From a virus: 64,000 nt of DNA. Location of the stretch: the IMG/VR virus record IMGVR_UViG_3300034374_012521, positions 54,057 to 118,056 of that record; one strand, 5' to 3'. Positions 56,702 through 64,000 of the stretch are shown here, piece by piece. Made by a program: the position numbers and the translations under genes. The notes beneath the pieces were generated by a model that was given only the letters and a program-made list of their open reading frames with translations, was not told the origin of the DNA and did no database searches. Within the stretch, counting starts at the first letter, position 1. Each line of letters opens with the position of its first letter.

Positions 56702-59700
56702 TTAAAACTGATCGAACGTTGCATCTGGATTATCTTTAATGATTAATCCAGAACCAAAAGGGACAAGGTTTTGAAGCATTATTCTTTTTTGCTCCTCACT
56801 TAAATCTTTAGATAACTCCTTGTACTCAGCCCCACTTATATAAGATGGCTGTTTCCTATATCCATAGTCTGAAGAATTTACAAACTCTGGGTTAGGATCA
56901 TCAGCTGCAGGTATAGTCTGATCTACAACCTTAACAAAAGCAGGTTTTGATATCTGATAAACATTACCGTTACAGTCTTCCACAATATTTTGAATTGAGT
57001 AATATCCGGACACGGAGAATGTGTAAATAAAGAATGGAACATCCTTTACATCAAGCAAAGTTTCACCCGTAGTAGCGTTGGTTAATTTCCACCTATTTGT
57101 GTTTTTACCAAAAATTTTGCTATCGTAATTACTTAGGAAAACTGTTGATAAAAGGGGAACGAAAAGATCCGAATCAGAGTTGTGAACATCTACCCAAGTC
57201 CAAGCTCCAGAACCAGCCCTTGAAATAATATTACCGACATCTTTACCGACACCAGGCTTATAGCTTTCTAACAAAGAGACAAATCCGCCAGTTGCTGAAC
57301 TATAGGGTAGATTTGCTGGTCCAGTTACACCAGCACTAGAGCCAGCAAGGAACACATCTAAATTTGGATTTACATGTATTTTAAGCTGGGATTGGTCCCC
57401 AGTATTTCCCTGTCCAAAAGTAGAAGCAATATCTACATAGGTTCCCGTTACGTTTCTTTTTATAATGGTGTGGCCCCCACCGGTTAGACCAGAGGTTCTT
57501 TGATAATACAAAGCCATATATTGGTCTCCACCAGGCATAGAATCGCTTTGATCGCTAATGAATGATGAGTATGGAATTCCGTACGTTTCTGGTAGAACCT
57601 CATAGGAGGAAAGCTGCTTGTAATTGCCACCAGGTCTAACCGAAAGCGTAAGTACATTCACCCCACCAGAAGTGCCAGTAGCATCTAACTTAGTACTTTT
57701 TGTTATTGGGTAAAGAGCGGGAGTATCTGTATAGAGAGAGTTTATATAGTAACTATCATCTGATCTATATCCAGAAATAGTTTTATACCAAGTTTCATAT
57801 TGAGCTGCTGTCCCTCCAGAATTTTTTATGAAAGCACCAGTTAGTGAGGCGTGGTTAAAATCATTTAAAATGAAATATGGATACGAAAAACCTGGATTCG
57901 GATGTGATACAGTAAGATTACCGACTATGACATCTCTAGTTGAAGTTCCAGTAAGCAGATAGGTCAGAGAATTTTCTAGTGAAGTTATCCCATCAACACT
58001 AGAAGTACTAGAACCGGTAAGCCCAATTTTGAACCCATCTCGCATTGAAAGATTCGAGTTCATATCAATTAAGGAGCCACTTCTGTCATAAGTACTAGAA
58101 TTCTTAGAAGAAAAAATAAACTCAGGCGAACTTGGTAAATCACTAAGATCAAACCATCCATCCTTTAAAACAGATATTCCACCAGAATAATTAGAAATCA
58201 CCCTAACAGAATTCTCAGTAACAGATAGATCCAGATTTTCAATAGATGTAGGCGGGGAGTATGCTGGATCAATTACACCCGTTGGATCGTAGCTGCCGCT
58301 AGCTCCTGGGAAATACCTAAAGTTCTTAAGAGAAAATTGATTTAATGCAGAATAATCAGTCGTGAAGTCCATATCACCATAGCTAACTTTGCTACCAAGA
58401 TCAATTTCAACTTCAGCCATAAAGATAGCCTCAGTATCGCCAAGAATAGAGGTCTCCGGTAAATAAATCCCGCTGGTTGCACCGGTTGCACCGTTAAGTA
58501 TCCAAGGATAAGCATAAGATGCAGTTAAACCAGGAGAGGATATATTAGAGAATCCTACAGGACCTCCAGTAGGACCGGTTACACCTGTTACAGTCATATC
58601 AGATGCACCCGGATATTTACTAGAATAAATAAACTCGCCAGCTTCAAGGTATTTACGGAATGTACCTAAAACATAAATGGAGGAATTATCTGTAGATGGT
58701 AATGCCTTATAAACTCTTGTCGAGAACCCCCTGAAAGGAACTACTGTCTTAACTTGTCCGCCATCACTATAAAGTGCAACAAAACCAAGATCTCCAGTGC
58801 CACCAGCAGAATCTGTTGGGTTTGGATTAGATAAAGTGTAATTTGGAGTAAGGTTGTTCTTCTCACCAAAGTTTATAGACGATTCACTTGAATATCCAGT
58901 CAATACATTATAATCACGGTACTTACTAGCAGAGGTTACTGTAAAAGTAGTTGTGTCTGTGAGCCAGTCAGAATCTGCTATAAGTTTAGAAAGCTCTTCA
59001 TCACTGTAAGGGATTATTTCACCATTATTCCAATAGGGCTGTTCCCCTGCTTTACCGCTTGCAATGTCTTTGAAATTGGTTTCCAAAAACAAGTTTCTTG
59101 GATCTAAACCAGGATGGAGGTTTTTTAGGTATTCGTTATCGTATCCTCTCCAGGTAGGGTATTTCCAAGTGTACTTGTCAGCTTTCGGAAGTCTAGCAGT
59201 ATCAGTAGTTCCGCCCTCTGTGGTGTGTGTATAATAAACAAAATTCCATCCTGTGGTTCCTGTATACTTAGATGTTCCATATACGTGAGGCAAAGTGTAA
59301 TCAAAGAGGCAAATATTATTACCAGCAACAATCCAAAGATCCTCCTCGTAAACCTTCCTTGTTCCAGCTAGAGATTTTTCTTCGACCTTCATTAATTCAA
59401 TCACCCTATTATCGGGCAGATTTGTATTGGAAGAAGTTAAATGGGTGAAGGAATCCCCATTAAAATGATAGAATCCATTTGAAGTAGAAGGCTGATCAAA
59501 AGGATTACCTATCCTAAAGAAGACGTGTCCATTCTTCCTTGCTACTACCTTAGTTACACCTACTCCGGATCCAACATTCCAGTTATAAAATTTCTTACCA
59601 TCCCAATATGTTATACCATTCTCGGTACCAGCCCAATAGTTGCCATCCTCATCAAATGAAACATCATATACAATATCACCACCAATGCCAGAGGTAATGG

Positions 59701-60364
59701 AATTGTATTTAGAAAGCTGCTTAATTGCAAGCTCACCATTATCCAAAGTTATAGGATCAAGATTTCCCTGTGGAATAGTTTGGAGTCCGTCATTTGTGCT
59801 TAGATAGTACTCAAATGTATTACCACCTTCACCCTTAGCTGTTATCTCGTATATGTGAGGCCATGTATATCCTGGACTTACCTCGCTCCATTGTTCAGCA
59901 ACTTTATCATACCTCCAAAGATATCCCCCGGTCACCCCGGTGTTTCCAGTTCCGCCAGTTCCAGCACCACCATTCAGTGGTGAGATAAAAGCAAGAACTT
60001 CCTCCGTGTAGGGACTTGCGTAAATAGTAGGTACTTCCCAATTAGGAGACTGCGAAGAATAATTTCCAAATTGACTTAAAGACCAACTTTCCCCAGTAGC
60101 AGCCTGACTTCCAACAGCCTTAAAAACTAATTCCTGAGATAAAGAAGCAGTTACCGCACACCCAACCCATTTGCTGTTTTCATTATCAATAGAGATTGAC
60201 CTAGTATCCAAGAAGTATGGATCATTGCTAGGAACCACCGAATTTTGGTAATTATAGTATGACCAATTTTCGCCATCGTATTTGGTAAGATCTCTTCCCA
60301 CAGCCCAAACGTCCCCAAAGGAATCAAGAGCTGCAGTGTTTATATAGAAAAAAGTTGTTGGCAT
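56702..60364 (-). CDS. Large virion protein with beta-propeller (two-component-regulator propeller-like) repeats
   Basis: Repeats such as YNYQNSVVPSN...SISIDNENSKWVG, YNSITSGIGGDIVYDVSFDEDGNYWAGT, LTSSNTNLPDNRV; PKD-like C-terminus; GATAAATA at 60372-60379. Confidence 0.65.
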   Translation of the reverse strand: MPTTFFYINTAALDSFGDVWAVGRDLTKYDGENWSYYNYQNSVVPSNDPYFLDTRSISIDNENSKWVGCAVTASLSQELVFKAVGSQAATGESWSLSQFGNYSSQSPNWEVPTIYASPYTEEVLAFISPLNGGAGTGGTGNTGVTGGYLWRYDKVAEQWSEVSPGYTWPHIYEITAKGEGGNTFEYYLSTNDGLQTIPQGNLDPITLDNGELAIKQLSKYNSITSGIGGDIVYDVSFDEDGNYWAGTENGITYWDGKKFYNWNVGSGVGVTKVVARKNGHVFFRIGNPFDQPSTSNGFYHFNGDSFTHLTSSNTNLPDNRVIELMKVEEKSLAGTRKVYEEDLWIVAGNNICLFDYTLPHVYGTSKYTGTTGWNFVYYTHTTEGGTTDTARLPKADKYTWKYPTWRGYDNEYLKNLHPGLDPRNLFLETNFKDIASGKAGEQPYWNNGEIIPYSDEELSKLIADSDWLTDTTTFTVTSASKYRDYNVLTGYSSESSINFGEKNNLTPNYTLSNPNPTDSAGGTGDLGFVALYSDGGQVKTVVPFRGFSTRVYKALPSTDNSSIYVLGTFRKYLEAGEFIYSSKYPGASDMTVTGVTGPTGGPVGFSNISSPGLTASYAYPWILNGATGATSGIYLPETSILGDTEAIFMAEVEIDLGSKVSYGDMDFTTDYSALNQFSLKNFRYFPGASGSYDPTGVIDPAYSPPTSIENLDLSVTENSVRVISNYSGGISVLKDGWFDLSDLPSSPEFIFSSKNSSTYDRSGSLIDMNSNLSMRDGFKIGLTGSSTSSVDGITSLENSLTYLLTGTSTRDVIVGNLTVSHPNPGFSYPYFILNDFNHASLTGAFIKNSGGTAAQYETWYKTISGYRSDDSYYINSLYTDTPALYPITKSTKLDATGTSGGVNVLTLSVRPGGNYKQLSSYEVLPETYGIPYSSFISDQSDSMPGGDQYMALYYQRTSGLTGGGHTIIKRNVTGTYVDIASTFGQGNTGDQSQLKIHVNPNLDVFLAGSSAGVTGPANLPYSSATGGFVSLLESYKPGVGKDVGNIISRAGSGAWTWVDVHNSDSDLFVPLLSTVFLSNYDSKIFGKNTNRWKLTNATTGETLLDVKDVPFFIYTFSVSGYYSIQNIVEDCNGNVYQISKPAFVKVVDQTIPAADDPNPEFVNSSDYGYRKQPSYISGAEYKELSKDLSEEQKRIMLQNLVPFGSGLIIKDNPDATFDQF

Positions 60365-60385
60365 TGCTTTCTATTTATCAAAATT

Positions 60386-62011
60386 TTAGAATATGGTATT
60401 TCCGTACACTATTCGCTTACCCTGCTCAAAGTAATCGTTTGTAGGTAAGATTAAATCAGGTGGCATACCAGAGCAAGAAAGAACATTTGAGCTACCAGTA
60501 TAATAATAAGCAAATGGAGCTAAGTTCAAAGAAAGTGATGCATTTAGTGTAGCAGAGTTATCTTTTATTTGCACAGTTTCGATACTCTCAATTTTAACCT
60601 CCATTTTTAAACCATAATAATTAGCTGGGGTTCCAAGTGAATTAATATTATAATTTTGAACTGCAGTAAATTCAATAGAACCAGTACCGCCTGGTATTGA
60701 TGATGAAGCAATGGCAGCATTCAACTGTGTAGCAACCCCATCATTTCCTCCAGCATCTTGCATTACATAATATTCAAAATTAAGTGACCCAGGCTCATTT
60801 CCCTGGCCAGAATTAGCATTAACAGTACACGTGGCATTGAAAGAGCCGTTAACAGTTATGTAAATCTCGTAAGCATTACCACTATACCCAAGATTCGTGA
60901 AATATTGTGGTGAATAAACCACGGGATTAAACCCAGAACTTTGGCTAGTAATCGGAAATCTTGGAGACCAATAATCACTCTGTGCTGAATTTAACTGCGG
61001 ATAAACATTATTTAAGATATCTGCAATTAGTGACAGAGAATAATTTCCGTTGGTAACCAGATCCGTGATATTTCCGGATTGACCATCGTCTGCAAAGTAA
61101 AGCTGTTTTGGCCTTCCGAGGTTAGGTAGGGTAGGGTATATGTAGCGCCCAGTTATTATTTCTATATCACCACTCGCATAAAAATAGTCCTCCACAATAA
61201 TATAACCATTAACACGCGAAACCCCTGTGGTTACAAAAAGTGGGTTGCCACTAAGACCTGTACATGCTATGTAAGCATCCTCTTGAGTAGAGTGAAATCC
61301 AGTAACAAATTGACCACTCGCGGCGGAAGAAAAGTCAATCTCAAAAACATAGGAATTAGTAGGATATCCAAAGACACCTGTTTGTCTTCCGGTACTTGTG
61401 ATAACCCCCTCCTGTGAATAAGGTTGGGCTGGACCAATCCTGTTTATATAATTGGTTTCTTGTACCCCGGTTTTAGTAACTGTTATTGAAGAAGAACTAG
61501 TATCAGTGGCAAAAGAACTTGTGGCATCAAGTCTCGTAGAAACAAGCACAGTTGATCCCGGAGCAGCTGCTATATTAGCTCCAGGGACGAGTTTCCAATC
61601 ATCGTATTCTAGAGTAGGGTTAGTACTTGTTGAATAGTTAGATCCTCCTATAACCCATTGATAAGAGGTAGGTGCTTCTGGTACCCCAGTGGAAGTATTG
61701 GTAAATTGTGCTTCCTGTGACATCAGAACTGGGTTTGGTGCAACACTAAAGGATGAAGTTACCGAAGCTGTCAATACTTCTATACCGTTGGTGGAGGTAA
61801 ATGAATTTGTAACATTATTAAAATCAGTTACCGTTAGTGTAGCAGTGTACTGTCCTGGAGTATTATACCTAACCTGTGCAGTTGCTCCTGTTGCTGAAGC
61901 AATGTCACCTCCATTGAAAGTCCATCTCCTATTATATGGAGGCAAACCGCCATATGTAGTGTCTGTAAAAATGACTGATTGCGTTTCGTATATTTGAATT
62001 GTTGAAGACAT
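60386..62011 (-). CDS. PKD-domain virion protein
   Basis: Two PKD-like repeats: FTDTT...WTFNGG...YNTPGQYTATLTV and FTNTSTG...SYQW...STNP. Confidence 0.7.
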   Translation of the reverse strand: MSSTIQIYETQSVIFTDTTYGGLPPYNRRWTFNGGDIASATGATAQVRYNTPGQYTATLTVTDFNNVTNSFTSTNGIEVLTASVTSSFSVAPNPVLMSQEAQFTNTSTGVPEAPTSYQWVIGGSNYSTSTNPTLEYDDWKLVPGANIAAAPGSTVLVSTRLDATSSFATDTSSSSITVTKTGVQETNYINRIGPAQPYSQEGVITSTGRQTGVFGYPTNSYVFEIDFSSAASGQFVTGFHSTQEDAYIACTGLSGNPLFVTTGVSRVNGYIIVEDYFYASGDIEIITGRYIYPTLPNLGRPKQLYFADDGQSGNITDLVTNGNYSLSLIADILNNVYPQLNSAQSDYWSPRFPITSQSSGFNPVVYSPQYFTNLGYSGNAYEIYITVNGSFNATCTVNANSGQGNEPGSLNFEYYVMQDAGGNDGVATQLNAAIASSSIPGGTGSIEFTAVQNYNINSLGTPANYYGLKMEVKIESIETVQIKDNSATLNASLSLNLAPFAYYYTGSSNVLSCSGMPPDLILPTNDYFEQGKRIVYGNTIF

Positions 62012-62023
62012 ATCGGTAATTTT

Positions 62024-64000
62024 TTATGGTCCTGTTGCTACTACAAAAGCTACAACTAGAGGTGGTGGTGCTCCAGGGACCGAAGCCGGAACTGCACCAG
62101 TTCCACCCGTTGCTGCAAACGGGAATAAAGATACAGAAGAAGGCCCTGCAGTGGTTAATGTTGCAGTTGCGGTTTCTGGAATAACCCTGTAATAAAAGTT
62201 TGTAATATTTGGATCCGAAGAAGCGTTCAATTGGCTAGCAGCAGATCCCAAGGTCAAATAAGCAGAAGCACCTGTTCCACCACCAGTAGGTCCAAAAGTA
62301 ACACCAACGGGGAATGGGAAAGGTTCGCTACCTGTACTTATTTTAACGTTATCACCAACTTTAGCACTATGTATTTCATATCCCCCGAGCCATCCTGTCT
62401 CAAACTCTAAATCGTCCCAGGAATGAGCATAGGCATTGTCCCAGGATGCTTGAGTAAAGGTTTGCCATTTGAGATTTTTAGTTCCAAAATATTTAAGATT
62501 TTCTACCGGGTTTGATCCAGAAGAAGCATCCCAATCAACATAACTAAATCCTCCAGTTACACCACCAGAAAGTTGGGAATCTATAGATGTTAAAGTTAGT
62601 GACCCAGTTAGAGATACGGTGAGATTGTCACCGTTACCTATATTTCCACTCTCAGTACCAGCTACGATATTAATCGTTACTGGACTTTCTGTTGGATCAA
62701 AAGTTTGTGCAAAGTAATCTGGTTGGGTTTCTACCTTGTTTATCTCCTGTATAATGGAGTTAGCGGTAGACTGTAAATTCGAGCCAGAAGCTGTAGCACC
62801 AATAACACGTCCATTAACAGACACACTAATTGATCCACCTCCGGTTACTTTCTGACTCGGATAAGAACTCGACAAAACATAATACCCAGTTCCACCCACA
62901 ATAGAAGACGGACCTGATGTTGCCCCTACACCAGGCTGGCTACCTAGTATGTAAGGTATTTGGAATGAATATCCAGTTGCTCCGGGAGGTATAGAAATTT
63001 TCCAAGACTTGTTTAAATCATCAATGCTTCCAGTTATAAAAACATCTGAACCATCAGTAAAATTGTGTGGCTGTGTTGTGAATACATTTGCAAAGCTATA
63101 TTGGCTACCTGATATTAAGATAGAGTATACCTTAGAGATGTCTAATATGTTTTGGGAAATCTTAATATCTCCAGAAGCCCCAACTGGAGGTAGATTTTTG
63201 CCGACTTTGAAAATTTGCCCGTCTATAGCATTGTTTCCATAGATTGCAAAGTCAAGAAGCTGCTCTGGAATTTCTTTCTTAACTTCATTCTCAGTTTTAC
63301 CCTCAGCTGGATATTCCCAGATGGAATCATAACTATCCCAATCTCTGATTGTTAGATCCCATGAATATCTTTCATTTTCTCTATATCGAGTCCATCCATC
63401 TATTAATACAGTTCTAGGAGAAACAGTGACCGAGGACTTAACAATTTTTCTATTCTTAAAGTTAAAAGCATCGTATAAGTAACAGGTTACATCATATTCG
63501 CCTGTATAAGGAAGGAAATGTGCTAGTCTATAAAAATCTATAGCATATCCCCTATGCGAGAAATTGTAACCTGTACCAGTCTGGGTTTCAGATTTATTAA
63601 TTACCCATTCAATTTCATTGTAGGCAGAAAAATCTATGGTTCTCCAAGTTAAAGCACTATTTTGACTCTGAAAAGATGGAAGATTCAAAGAATCCCACGA
63701 CATTCCCATTTCATCCCAATCCCAGGTATCAGGAAGTAATTCAAGGATCACCGGCATCCCAACAGGAACACCACATTCAGAGTTATCTAGATTCACATTA
63801 GTATTTATCCTTATATTATTAGGTACCAGAATTGGGGTGCTTGTGGGTGTGGGGGTAGGGGTTGGGGAAACAGTAGGGGTAGGGGTTGGTGTTGGTGAAA
63901 CAGTAGGTGTTGGGGTTGCTGTAGCAGGTACAGGGGTTGGTGTACTCGTAGCAGTAGGTGCTGGAGTAGGTGTTGGGGTTGCTGTAGCAGGTACAGGGGT
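62024..64000 (-). CDS. Large virion structural protein, 5'-truncated, with Pro/Thr-rich linker
   Basis: The frame stays open upstream of GTG 63796 to the window end (TPVPATATPTPT...TPILVPNNIRINTNVNLDN), so the ORF-track start is internal. Confidence 0.75.
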   Translation of the reverse strand, partial: TPVPATATPTPTPAPTATSTPTPVPATATPTPTVSPTPTPTPTVSPTPTPTPTSTPILVPNNIRINTNVNLDNSECGVPVGMPVILELLPDTWDWDEMGMSWDSLNLPSFQSQNSALTWRTIDFSAYNEIEWVINKSETQTGTGYNFSHRGYAIDFYRLAHFLPYTGEYDVTCYLYDAFNFKNRKIVKSSVTVSPRTVLIDGWTRYRENERYSWDLTIRDWDSYDSIWEYPAEGKTENEVKKEIPEQLLDFAIYGNNAIDGQIFKVGKNLPPVGASGDIKISQNILDISKVYSILISGSQYSFANVFTTQPHNFTDGSDVFITGSIDDLNKSWKISIPPGATGYSFQIPYILGSQPGVGATSGPSSIVGGTGYYVLSSSYPSQKVTGGGSISVSVNGRVIGATASGSNLQSTANSIIQEINKVETQPDYFAQTFDPTESPVTINIVAGTESGNIGNGDNLTVSLTGSLTLTSIDSQLSGGVTGGFSYVDWDASSGSNPVENLKYFGTKNLKWQTFTQASWDNAYAHSWDDLEFETGWLGGYEIHSAKVGDNVKISTGSEPFPFPVGVTFGPTGGGTGASAYLTLGSAASQLNASSDPNITNFYYRVIPETATATLTTAGPSSVSLFPFAATGGTGAVPASVPGAPPPLVVAFVVATGP
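63834..64000 (-). repeat. Low-complexity (Thr-Pro)n coding repeat including a 36-bp direct repeat
   Basis: AGTAGGTGTTGGGGTTGCTGTAGCAGGTACAGGGGT at 63902-63937 and 63965-64000. Confidence 0.85.

Noticed and set aside
111-63242. Numerous short plus-strand and nested ORFs in the track (e.g. 111..395, 7173..7580, 11525..11905, 24235..24615, 33601..33969)
   Set aside because: Antisense shadows of well-supported minus-strand genes, with no motifs.
63796-63809. GTG start at 63796 with GATAAATA promoter at 63802-63809
   Set aside because: The frame is open to the window end through the Pro/Thr repeat, so both lie inside a longer CDS.
63834-64000. G-rich repeats as CRISPR, telomere-like or G-quadruplex element
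   Set aside because: Fully explained by Thr-Pro codons on the minus strand; no repeat-spacer structure.
1-64000. tRNA, rRNA, CRISPR arrays, integrase or transposase
   Set aside because: None recognised; intergenic gaps are short and showed no cloverleaf or repeat-spacer pattern by eye (a tRNAscan/Infernal run would be needed to exclude them).

Overview
A 64 kb segment of a large (jumbo-type) T4-related dsDNA phage genome, standard genetic code, AT-rich, with almost all genes on the minus strand. The left ~36 kb holds T4-like replication, recombination and nucleotide genes: type II topoisomerase subunits, the N-terminal half of a split family-B DNA polymerase, class Ia RNR, a gp56-like dUTPase/dCTPase, UvsW, UvsY-like, primase, gp32 SSB and a RuvC-like resolvase. 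Interspersed are host-like accessory genes (DnaJ, Hsp20, UvsE, MBD4-like glycosylase, adenylate kinase, Hc1-like protein, GT2-TPR). The right ~28 kb is a tail/baseplate/fibre module with PhoH inserted in the opposite orientation. Several Bacteroidota-type genes and the lack of Shine-Dalgarno leaders suggest a Bacteroidota host (inference). Main points of interest: (1) a five-gene cassette of nucleotidyltransferase, cupin, non-carboxylating RuBisCO-like protein, GDPD-like protein and putative glycosyltransferase that looks like an uncharacterised nucleotide-sugar pathway; (2) about ten unrelated proteins sharing a T4 capsid-targeting-like N-terminal peptide, mostly behind a GATATATA late-promoter-like motif, including adenylate kinase and a nucleotidyltransferase, suggesting virion-packaged enzyme cargo; (3) a ligase-like/HxGH fusion enzyme; (4) pervasive G-x-T-G motifs in the structural proteins. 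All family assignments are from motif recognition by eye, with no database searches.
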